Positions 29,588 to 41,735 of a stretch of 64,000 bases of DNA are shown here, piece after piece. A model generated the notes under the pieces. It made no database searches and had not been told where the DNA came from. It saw only the letters and a list, made by a program, of their open reading frames with translations. This stretch comes from the human T2T-CHM13v2.0 reference genome, Homo sapiens. How positions within the stretch are numbered: position 1 is the first letter of the stretch; every line of letters starts with the position of its first letter. A program made the translations under genes and the position numbers. The DNA is taken from the NCBI RefSeq assembly GCF_009914755.1, contig NC_060945.1. The stretch is one strand, 5' to 3'.

Positions 29588-32500
29588 ACATCATAAGACA
29601 ATTTTCTAAGGCTGAACAAATTAGCAAAACCTAAAGTACATTAATAATGTATAGTGACAAATCTAAAACCTAATGCCAGCTAATGGCAACTAAAAGAATA
29701 ATTAGCCCATTCGTTCATTTTCTTTCTGGGTGTGGTATAATTAAAGAAAATTATTGATTCATAAAAAATACTTAGCTTCAATCCAGGTGTGAACATGTTG
29801 GCTGTGATTGAGTCTCTCTTATAAAGGCGTAATTCGTGACATTAAAATATGAAATATTAAAAACATTGATTCATTTATTATAATCAAAGTCCAAGATTTT
29901 ATTTGAACCCACATAAAGAGAGGACAATTTAGGAATATTTAGGTTGTGATATAAAGTACCATAGAAATGACTACCTGTGTGTTAATATGAGATTATACTG
30001 GTAGAAAAGAGCCGTACCTTTGGGGATGTTGCTTAGTCTCTTTGACAGTCAGTATCCTCAATGGCAAAAGGAAGAAGTTTTTTAGTGAAGACCAAATTTC
30101 TGATCATCTCAAAAGCATAAACGGTTCTCTGCTGGGTGTCAGCCCTGAGTGAGGTTAAGAGGTTTTTTTTGAGTTTAGAGTGGTGGGGATGGAGAGGAAG
30201 CTTCTTCCTCACTCAAGGAAGATGGACTATTAATATGAGACCTTACTTGGGGGCACTTCTGCAAGTGGGCAGGTGACCTTGTGCACAGATGGGTGCACAG
30301 ATGGTCATGGCTCTGTCTTCTGTCACTTATCCGCAGTGGCGAAAAGAGATGCACTACGATCGATTCATGCCTACAGGAGGAGCTCCTTCACCCAGCTCGA
30401 CTGATTTTCTTTTCTCCTTGAGATCTTTTGGTAAAATTAGTCGTGTTTGTTCTCCACTGAGACTGGACTGGCCATCCCTCTGGAACCCTGGCACTGTTGT
30501 CTTTTGGGTCTCTTTTTCTTCTATGTGGTCAGTGGTAAGACTCAAGTTTGAGATTTATGAAATGACCTGGCCTAGTTTATCAGTAATCCCTTCATTAGAG
30601 TTTCTGACATAAATACAGTCATGAAATAAGTAAATAGCGACCCTAACTGAAAGTCATAGCACCTATGAGTATAACAAGAAAGATGATCTCTAAATCATTG
30701 ATAGGTTGATCATCAAAATGTCAAGAAAAACATATTTACTTTATTTGAATAAACTTTATAACTTTTTCTCTATAAACACTCTATTCCTCCATTAATTTAC
30801 ATTAAACATAAAGAATTAGGTTTGAAAGGAAGATATTCGACAGAAGTCAAATATCACTGCAACCCTGTGTGATGGGGAACTCAATCTATTTCCACGGTAG
30901 TTTTAATTATTTTCATGGTAGTTGACATCTCACCAACGGAAGTAACCCACCACTCCCTCAAATTAAAAAAAATAAAAATAAATAAATAATAAAGTGAGGC
31001 AGGGAGAAAGAGAGAGGTGTTTTCTTCTCTGGGCATAAGCTGGTTTGGGATAAAGCATTTTGTGAAAGGGTACATTTTATAAATCAGCAAAGAGAATATG
31101 AGAATAGCTCATGGAAAATTCAGACTACCAATCACTCTGGCGATTCACAAAAACGTGCTGAAGATCCACCTGGGGCACGTGATTGTTACTGCAAATTCAG
31201 TAAAAGTCTGTGACCTGCATTTGTTTTTTTTTTTAATAAGAAATATTCACATCAAACCAATGGTGCAAAATTAATGTGTAGGGATATGCATATTTTAATC
31301 TGTTAAATAATAGGACGGAGGATGACACATTTTGCATACATTGCTGACTACATTCGTGCTTTCTGCCACCATTCTAGGAAACAAAGCTGGCTTAGATGAG
31401 TCATTCCTTGCATTTATGTTTTTCTGTGACTATTTTGCTCTGGATTCAAGTTATGTGTCTTTTGTTCAGTAAATGCACTTAGAATAAACATTACCCTTAA
31501 TGATCATCTTGATTCCAAGAATCATAACTGACTGTTATTGGTTCTTAAGATGGCTGAGATTTTATTAGCTCATTTTAGTGGCCCTGTATAAATTTAAGTT
31601 AATTGACATTGTAGGCAAGTATGTGTTTGCCAACGTCCATCCTTGCAGATACGTTTTTAAGCACCCATTCCACTTTCAGACTGCGTCTCCTCATTCTCTC
31701 CATCAGAAAGTGAACAGGAAATTAAAACTAATTTTAATATTATGCAAGGCAAAACATAATTAAGAAAATGTGTAAAAAATTAAAAAGCTGAAATCCTCAT
31801 AATACAGTTCAAAGCTAAATAGAAAATGATTTTTTAATTATATGCTCATTTGAGTTATGTGCCACAGCCTCCCAAGAGAGATGCCTGTTTAAATCCAAGT
31901 ACTGACCTCAGTGCTTCATTATTACACCATGGGGTGGTATAAAAGGAAGTAAAATTTTTCTCCCTCTGCCCCCTCCCTCCTTCTTGTCTGTGTTTGGGAG
32001 AGAGTATGGTAAGAATATGGTTCTCACTATTCCCAATCCAACATCCACTCATCTTCTCAAGGATGTGCTCAATACTGGGGCATTGGGTTGGGGAGAGATT
32101 GATTATTAAATTGCTTCTTATACGGAATCTCAAGCATCCTTCACGTTTGGAGCTCAATCTGCCCATCACGTTCAATTCCTTAACTTTTTTAGCAGTTCAG
32201 CAGGGCCAGCAGGTTTGCTTTCTGGGCAGTCAGGTAGCTTTCATCTTTCTTTGGCCAGCTAAATCCATTATTACTCACCTGTCTGTTCTCCAGCTTCTAA
32301 AATTGTGTTGACCTGTCTGCACTTGTCTCTTTACTGCTCTCTTTATCTGTGTGAGATTCTGACTTTTACTTTTTTAAAAATCTCTTTGATGTCATTGTGG
32401 TTAGATTTCTGAAGGCAGCATGGGAAAATATATCTGTGCAATCTGCCATTCTTAAACAGATGTCCCTAAGACAGTATTTTGAATTAGAGTTTAGATTTTT

Positions 32501-33498
32501 GAAACAATACATTTTAAAAGGCATTTTAGTTGAGGGCATAAAAATGAGAAAAAATACTAAAGCAGCTCTCTTTTGCATTACTATTTGCATTAAACATGCC
32601 TTATAGCCTTGATAGCTGGGGAGATCCTAGAACCAACATAAGAAATAAATTCTTGAATGTGTTTATAAATCCTTGAAAAAATAATTCACAAGTATATTAT
32701 TTCTTCATAAAGTAGGCAGAAAATGAAACAAACCCCAAAATCCCAAGGAAAAAAGTAAGCGGTAATTAAAAATCTATTATTAAACAGTGAGAACAGCAAA
32801 ATTTATTTTTATGGCACTGTGGCAATAATAGAAGTTTTTCAAAAAGCCATATATGTAACAATATTTACCATTAGCCAGCTACAGAACACTCCCAGTTAAA
32901 ATTCTAGAAACTTATCTGATATTAATTCTTTAACAAAGAAGCTGACATAGTAATGTTCTTGGTAAGAATATGGTCCCTGAAGTTCTCAATCCAACATTCG
33001 CTCCTCTTCCCAAGGATGTCCTCAGTGCTGGGGCATTGGGTTGGAAAAGGATCTTGTAAAACCACATGGTACAGGCTTTCATCCTGTTTTACTTTAAAAA
33101 AAAAAGAAAGTTGGGATCCTCTTTCTAGGTCTCAGCTGAGGTTAAAGAAAAAGTTTGCGTATTAAACACCATCATTTAATGACTATAGGTTGCTGGTGTG
33201 CTGAGCTAAAGGTAATGAGACACAAGACAAAAACTCTGGTTTAATCACAGTATTTTCCATGTTATTTAAAATTTTAATCTTACCACAAAGTGTGAATCTG
33301 TCTTCAGGAGTAAAACTCAAGCAGGCCTTAAACTTGGATGGGTCTAGGAAAGAGCCCAGAATATTGACCCCTGCCTGTCAGGAAACATTAGAAACATTAT
33401 GTGGTTGCTTTACACTTGATTTATGCACTAGTTGGGCTTGTAGACTCTTTCCAAAAGTCTGAATTTTTCCAAAAATTCAGTGATGGGAAGAAGGGGTG

Positions 33499-33502
33499 GT
33501 GT

Positions 33503-33537
<35 letters not shown>
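33499..33537. repeat. (TG)n microsatellite
   Basis: Read directly; one interruption. Confidence 0.95.
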
Positions 33538-33805
33538 ACCTAAAACCTCTAAATAAATGCATGGGAAACTTCTCGCATCTGGTTGTATTCTCTCTCTTCA
33601 CAGATGGAAGCATGAACAGCTGTGTTTCCCTAGCTCTTTCCATGATATTTCTGGGAACTGAAAAACTGTACCTCTGTGTAATCTTCTCCTTATGTGACTA
33701 AATCCATACATTCCTATATTTTTTGCTGTCAGCTGAGCTATTTTAACTGTGTTTGTTGACCTCTTTCCATCAAGAACATTACCATTTTATTGTGCTAACA
33801 ATATA

Positions 33806-33835
33806 CCACCACCACCACCACCACCACCACCACCA
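33806..33835. repeat. (CCA)10 trinucleotide repeat
   Basis: Read directly. Confidence 0.95.
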
Positions 33836-34601
33836 ATTTAGAGTTTTCACGGCATTGGGAACATCTCACTGGGAATAGATCTGCTTTCCAAAAACGTAAA
33901 GGCTTAGCCTACAAAATCCGAGAAAAGTTACAAACCTGTACTGTTAGGTTAACATGGGAAGTAGTAAACTTCTCTATTAAGATTCTGCCCTTTTATACTT
34001 TCTTCATTGTATTTTTTTGACTCATTTTGCATTCGTTTGAGCATTGGGAATATCCCAGTATCATCTTGGGCAGTGGGTGACTTCCATAGTGCCAGACAGC
34101 TCTACTGTCTTGGGGAGGTCTTCCGTGACACCTCAGCTCGCTGCAGTGAAGTGCTGGCTCATGCCAGCTGACTGTGTTTATCTCCTCCCAACTTTGCATT
34201 TGTCAAAGAGAAGTTGCTAACATAGATCAAGCATGGTGGGAGTAATTACACCATTGGAATTTTCCATCGCTACCAATCAGGGCTTTTATCGTCCTCCTCT
34301 CCCCCAAGCAGGTTGTTAAACATTTACCAGCATACCACTGTTCCCAATTATCTACACATTAATATACATTCTGATATATTTAAATGTGTTATGTTATAGC
34401 ATAAATGATAATAAAAAATCAAAACGTCTTTTCAAAGCAACTGCTCCAGTCTTAAAAAAATACCGCATGCTCTTAGTATATACCCAGTACATAAAAATAG
34501 TTACCCAATATAAATAGTAAATAGTTATCCAGTCCCTTACACATTGTATTTAGCTGTTGGTAATGCTGATTCACATAATGAAGGGCCTGGAAGTTCAGCT
34601 A

Positions 34602-34988
34602 TGATATGGTTAGGCTTTATGTCCCCACCCAGATCTCATCTTGAATTGTAACCCCCATAATCTCCATAATCCCCACCTGTCAAGGGAGAGACCAGGTGGA
34701 GGTAATTGAATCACGAGAGCGGTTCCCCCATGCTGTTCTCTTGATAGTGAGGGTGTTCTCACAAGATTTGATGGTTTTATAAAGGCCTTTCCCCCCTTCA
34801 CTCAGCACTTCTCCTTCCTCCTACCTTGTGAGGAAGATGCCTTGCTTCCCCTTCGCCTTCCACCACGATTGTGAGTTTCCTGAGGCTTCCCCAGCCATGC
34901 TGAACTGTGAGTCAGTTAAACCTCTTTCTTTTATAAATTACCCAGTCTCGGAGAGTTCTTTATAGCAGAATGAGAATTGATTAATACA
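34602..34988 (+). mobile_element. THE1D-like solo LTR
   Basis: TGATATGG...TAATACA termini; TSD AGCTA. Confidence 0.92.
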
Positions 34989-36364
34989 AGCTATTTCTGT
35001 GTCTCCCAAGCATTCTAGCTTAAACTCTTCTTACTTACTATACTTTCTAAAGGGTCCTCTTAGGAATTTGTTGAATCATGTGTTCACTTCTGAGTGGGTT
35101 AGTACTATAAAAGAAAATTTGTTATTATTGTAAAATATTTCAGTCATAATACAAGACACAAAGGCTGTTACAATAACCTCTCATGTACTCACAGCCCAAT
35201 TTAAAGAAAATTAATGGAAAATTCCCATCTCTTAGCCCACTTCCATTTGTGCAGAGGTAACTATTATCCTCTATTTGATATTTTCATTCTTATATCGTTC
35301 TTGATACGTTTTCTACACCTGTGCTGTTATTTTTATTACTTTAAGTGTTTGAATAAATAGTATAACATTCTTTTAAATTTGCTTTTTTCCTTTGCTCAAT
35401 ATTTGTGAGAATTATCCAGGTAGATACAAGAAGCCCATGTTTAGCGATTCCAGTGCCATATCGTGTTCATTTTAAGGTTATATCACAATGTATTAATTGT
35501 TCTGTTTATAAGACATTTATGCTATTTTGACTATTTCATAAACATGCTGCTTAAGAACATTTTTGTATATGTGTTGTTATGCATGTATCTGAGAGTTTCT
35601 TAAAACATATAATTAGGGGTAGAATTACTAGAGAGTGAAGAGTGCCTCTCTAGCTTTCTTAGATATTGCCACATGTTGTCTAAAGTGATAATAATTTACC
35701 TTACATCTAGTAGAATATAAGAGTTATAGTTGCTTTATAATCTTCCTAAAATGTAGTACTGTTAGACTTAAATTTGAGCTGGTATGATGGATGTGAAATT
35801 AACAAAGTGGTTTTAAGTAAAAACACTTAATATATTATTAAACACAAAGTAGCAGGAGAATAAAAAATGGAAAAACTCAAATGTACTTCAACAATAGAAT
35901 GTATAAACAGGCAATAATGTATGCATACAATAGAATATCACTCGGCAATAAAATGAATGAAATACTGATACATGAGAAATATGGACAAATCATAAAATGG
36001 TGATAGAAATCATTGTACTGATCAGCTCTGTTATTGTGGGGAACTGCCTGACAAGGGTGCAAATGAACTTTCTGGGTTAATGTAAATGTTCTGTGTAGCT
36101 TGAAAGTTGGGAATTGTTAACAGGTGTATGTGTTTGTCAAAATTCATTAAACAGTACATTTGAAGGTATGTACATTTTACAGAATGTAAATTACACATCA
36201 ATTTTTTAACAAAAGAGTACAGGAGGAAAGTGAAATTGTGAGATCAAAGAAAAAGCATTGAATATGAACATCCACAATTTTTCTTCCCACTCCCACATTA
36301 AAAGAAAAACTCCGTTACTGTTTAATAGCTTTCAGGACTTTTTTTCTATTTGTTATTTTTTTTC

Positions 36365-36678
36365 TTTTTTTCTTTTTCTTTTTTTTTTTTTTTTTTTTGA
36401 GGTGGAGTCTTGCTCTGTCACTCAGGCTGGAGTGCAGTGGCGCAATCTTGGCTCACTGCAACCTCCGCCTCCCAGGTTCAAGTGATTCTATGCCTCAGCC
36501 TCCTGAGTAGCTGGGATTACAGGTGCCCGCCACCACACTTGGCTAATTTTTTTGTGTTTTTATTAAAGATGGGGTTTCACCATCTTGGCCAGGCTGGTCT
36601 TGAACTCCTGACTTTCTGATCCACCCGCCTCGGCCTTCCAAAGTGCTAGGATTACAGGTGTGAGCCACCACGCCCGGC
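36365..36678 (-). mobile_element. AluS
   Basis: T-tract plus reverse Alu consensus. Confidence 0.93.
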
Positions 36679-36699
36679 TTATTTGTTAATTTTTAATAA

Positions 36700-39600
36700 A
36701 CACATTTTTAATTTGTAATTTTTGTAGGTATGTAGTAGGTGTATATATTTATGGGGTACATGAGATATTTTGATACAGGCATGCAATGCATAATAATCAC
36801 ATCAGGGTAAGTGGAATATCCATCAGCTCAAGCATTTATTCTTTATTTGTTATACAAACAATTCAATTACAGTATTTTTTGCTATTTTAAGAATTACAAT
36901 AAATTATTGTTAACTGTAGTCATCCTGTTGTGCTATCAAATACTAGATTTTGTTCATTCTATCTATGTTTTTGTACGCATTAACGATCCTCACTTCCACC
37001 ATCCCTTCCCTCTCTGACTACCCTTCCCAGCCTATGGTAACCATCATTCTACTCTCTATCTCCATGAATTCAGTTGTTTTACTTTTTAGCTCCCACAAAT
37101 AAGTGAGAATATGTGAAGTTTCTCTTTCTGTGCCTGGCTTATTTCACTTAACATAATGACTTCCAATTCCATCTATATCGTTGCAAATGATTGGATCTCA
37201 TTTTTTATATGGCTGAATAGTACTCCATTGCATATATGTACCACATTTTCTTGATCCATTTATCTGTTGAGGGACACTTGCTCCCAAACCTTGGCTATTG
37301 TAAATAATGCTGCAATAAACATGGAATGCAGATATCTCTTCAATATACTCATTTATTTTGGGTATATACCAGCAGTGTGATTGCTGGATCTTATAGTAGC
37401 TCTATTTTTAGTCTTCTGAGGAACCTCCAAATTGTCCTCCATAGTGATTGTACTAATTTACTTTCCCATCAACAGTGTATGAGTGTTCCTTTTTCCCCAC
37501 ATCTTTGCCAGCATTTGTTATTGCCTGTCTTTTGGATAAAAACCGTTTTAACTGGGGTGAGATGATATCTTATAGTAGTTTTGATTTACATTTCTCTGAT
37601 GATCAATGATGTTGAAAACTTTTTTCATATTATTTGTTTGCCAGTTCTATGTCTTCTTTTGAGAAATGTCTATTCAGATCCTTTGCCAATTTTTAAATTG
37701 GTTTATTAGATTTTTAACTTCATATATATTCTGGTTATTAATCCCTTGTCAGATGGACAGTGTGCAAGTATTTTCTCCCATTCTGTGGGTTGTCTCTTCA
37801 TTTTGTTGATTGTTTTCTTTGCTGTACAGGAGCTTTTTAACTTGATATGATCCCATTTGTCAATTTTTGCTTTGGTTGTCTGTGCTTCTGGGGTGTCGTT
37901 CAAGAAACCTTTGCCCAGACCAATGTCCTGTTGTGTCTCCAATGTTTTATTTTAGTAGTTTCATAGTTTAAGGTCTTAAATTTAAGTCTTTAATCCATTC
38001 TGATTTGATTTTTGTATATGGTGAGAGATAGAGATCTATTTTCTTTCATCTGTATATAGGTATTCAGTTTCCCCAGCCCCATTTATTGAAGAGACTGTCC
38101 CTTGCTCAATGTATGTTCCTGGCAACTTTGTTGAAAATGAGTTCACTTTAGATGTATGGATTTGTCTCTGGGTTCTCTATTCTGTTTCATTGGTCTATGT
38201 GTCTGCTTTTATGCCAGTACCATGCTGTTTTGGTTACTATAGCTCTGTAGTATAATGTGAGGTCAGGCAATGTGGTTTCTCCAGTTTTGGTCTTTTTGCT
38301 TAGGATAGCTTTGGATATTCTGAGTATTTTGTGGTCTCATATAAATTTTAGAATTTTTTTTCTATTTCTGTGAAGAATGCCATTGGTATTTTGATAGGAA
38401 TTGCATTGAATCCATTGAATGTTTTGGGTAGTGTGAACATTTTAACAATATTGATTCTTCCAGTCCATGAATATCAATTTTTTTCATATTTTGTTGTCTT
38501 TTTTATTTCTTTGATCAATATTTTAAAGTTTTCATTGCAGATATCTTTTACTTCTTTGGTTAGGTTAATTCTTAGGTATTTAATTTTATGTGTAGCTATT
38601 ATAAGTAAGATTACTTTCTTGATTATTTTTCAAATTGTTTATTGTTGGCATATAGAAATGCTATTGATTTTAAAAAGTACTTTTTATTTCAACACTTTTA
38701 AGGTACAAGTACTTTTTGGTTACATGAATAAATTGTGTTGTGGTGAAGTCTGAGATTTTAGTGAAGCCATTACCTGAGCTACTGATTTTTGTATGTTGAT
38801 TTTCTATTCCTCGTTTTTACTGAATTTATTTATCAATTCTATTTGTTTTTTGGTGGAGTCCTACAGACAATAATTTGACCTCTTCCTTTCCAATTTGGAA
38901 GCCCTTTATTTCTTTCATTTGTCTGATTGCTCTTGCTAGAACTATGTTGAATCATAGTGGTGAAAGTAGGCATCTTAGTCTTTTTCTAGATCTTAGAGGA
39001 AAGGCTTTGAATTTTTCCCCATTCAGTATGATACTAGCAACAGGTCTGTCATTTATGGCTTTTAATGTGTTGGGGTATGTTTCTTCTATACCCAGTTTTT
39101 TGAGGGTATTTTTTGTCATGAAGTGGTGTTGAATTTTATCCAATGCTTTTTCAGCATCAATTGAAATGATCATATGGTTTTTATCTTTCATTCTATTGAT
39201 ATGATCTATCATATTAATTGATTTACAGATGTTGAATTATCCTTGGGTCCCTGGGATAAATACCACTTGGCCATGATGAATGATCTTTTAAAAGTGTTGT
39301 TGAATTTGATTTGCTAGTATTTTGTTGACGATTTTGCATCAATATTTATTAGGGATATTGACCTGTAGTTTTCTCTTTTTGATATGTCACTGTCTAGTTT
39401 TGGTATCAGGATAACACTGGACTCATAGAATATGTTTGGAAGTATTCCTGCCTCCTTTACTTTTTGGAATAGTATAAGTAGGAGTGGTATTAGTTCTTCT
39501 TTAAATTGGTAAAATTCAGCATTGAAGTCATTAAGTCCTGGGCTTTTCTTTGCTCAGAAAATTTTTATTACGTCTTCAATCTAGTCACTTGTTATTGGTC

Positions 39601-40640
39601 TGTTCAGGTTTGGGATTTAATGGTTCAATCTTGCCCTTATGGATTTTCCGATTTATTGGAATATAGTTGCTCATAGTAGCCTCTAATGATCCTTTGAATG
39701 TCTGTGACATTGGCTGTAATGTCTCCTTTTTCATATTTGATTTTATTTATTTGAGTCTTCTCTTTTTCTTAGTCTGACTAAAGGTTTGTCAATTTTCTCT
39801 ATCTTTTCAAAGAACTAACTTTTCATTTGATTAATCTTTTGTATTGCTTTCTTTATTTCAATTTCATTAATTTCTGCTCTGATCTTTATTATTTCTTTTC
39901 TCCTAATTTTGGGTTTGATTTTGCTCTTGCTTTTCTAGTTCTTTAAGATGCATTGTTAAGTTGTTTGAGGTTTTTCTACTTTTTTGATGTAGGTGTTTAT
40001 TGCTATAAACCCTCTTAGTACTGCTTTCACTGTATCCCATAGGTTTTGGTATGCTGTATTCCCAACATCATTTGTTTAAGAAATTTTTAAAATTACTCCT
40101 TAATTTCTTCATTGACCCACTGGTCGTTCAGGAGCATATTATTTAAATTTCCATGTGTTTGTATAGTTTCCAAAAATCCTCTTGTTTTTGACTTCTAGTT
40201 TTATTCCGTTGTGGTCAAAGAGGATATTTGATATGATTTCAACTTTTTTGAATTTTTTTAACATTTATTTTGTGGCCTAACATATGGTTTATTCTTGAGA
40301 ATGATCCATGTGCTGAGAAGAATGCATATTCTGTGGCTATTACATAAAATGTTCAGTAAATAACTATGAGGTCTATTTGGTCTATAGCGTAGATTAAGTC
40401 CAATGTTCCTTTATTTATTTTCTGTTTGGAAGGTCTGTCCAATGCTGAAAGTGAGGTGCTGAAGTCTCCAGTTATTATTGTATTGAGGTCTATCTCTCTC
40501 TTAACTCTAATAATATTTGCTTTATATATCTGGGTGCTCCAGTGTTGGGTGCATATATATTTCAAATTGTTATAGCCTCTTGCTGAATTAACCCCTTAAC
40601 ATTATATAATGACTTTCTTTGTCTTCTATTATTATTTTTA
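36700..40640 (-). mobile_element. L1MA-type LINE, ~4 kb (3' UTR into the ORF2 endonuclease region)
   Basis: L1MA 3' end GTAGGTGTATATATTTATGGGGTACATGAG; ORFs 37706-37942, 38952-39212 and 40353-40565 give L1 ORF2-like peptides. Confidence 0.9.
38672..38777 (-). mobile_element. Short L1PB-like 3' end nested in L1MA
   Basis: TSD GCTA(T/C)TGATTTT at 38660-38671 and 38778-38789; GGTGAAGTCTGAGATTTTAGTG motif. Confidence 0.78.
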
Positions 40641-41582
40641 AATTATGTGTTTCCCACCACAATGGAAGCAACTGCAACAATATAGAGAGAAAGAAGTTGA
40701 GGGAGCTGGACAGAGAGAGAAGGAACATTGATAGCCACTATCTTGCTACACTGTGTAAGATTAAAAGAGAGTCTCGGATAAAGAGATTTTAACACATTTT
40801 GCTCATTGTTAAAAATACAGTTCCTCTTTAATGCTTTCCAAAAGCAGCAGTAAAGATTTAAATTGCCTCCCAATCTCTCTTGGACATTGCACCAGTGTTT
40901 CACTTAAATGTATTCTCTTTGCTGAGGTAGACCAGGAAACAGTGTTTCCTGAGGCACACTAGCATCATATGTTCAATCCTAATATATTTTTATTATCATT
41001 CTTAAGATACATCAGACAAATTTTAGCATTTTGTCTAATGTGTGACATCCTTTGGTTAATTTATTTTAATAAGTGACAGTCTGGTGAATTTATTTTAAAT
41101 GAATTATACAAGAAAAGTGATTTAAAAATAAATAAATCAGTAACAATGAAATATTTTATTTTTGAATATTAAGTAATGTGTTGTAGTAAAACATGCAAAA
41201 GTAACTTTCATTATCTGGTATGGAAAATGTTGCAATTTGTATTTTTTCATGATTTCATGTTTTGTTTCTAGATTAGACAAATAGGCATATAAAGTTATTA
41301 TTTCAATTATGCTTTGTAAATTAGCTTCAGGAGTTTAGGCAATCATTTTCAAAGAGGCAAATGTTAAATTAGAGGCATTCCATTGCTGTATTTTGTCTTT
41401 TTCACATTGATCTTCAAAGTTGAAGTATCATTTAAATGCTAGTTACGAGTTTTGATCAGCTGGATATAATAACAATTACTCTGAAATGAAATTTCAGGTT
41501 TTTGTGTGCTTCTCATTACCTGCAGTCCGAAATCATTGTTCCTTATGCTACCTGCTTTTAATGAAGGGTCCAGTATGGGTAT

Positions 41583-41735
41583 ACAGGTTGAACATCCCTA
41601 ATGTGAAAATCCAAAATTCAAAATTCAAAATGCTTCAAATTCTGAAACATTTTGAGTACTGAAAAGATGACGCAAGTGGAAAATTCCACACCTGCCCTCC
41701 TGTGATGGCTCACAGTGAAAATGTGGTCAAAGCTT
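41583..41735. mobile_element. Tigger4/Zombi-like DNA transposon end
   Basis: TA-CAGGTTGAACATCCCTAAT...AAAATCCAAAAT terminal motif. Confidence 0.75.
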
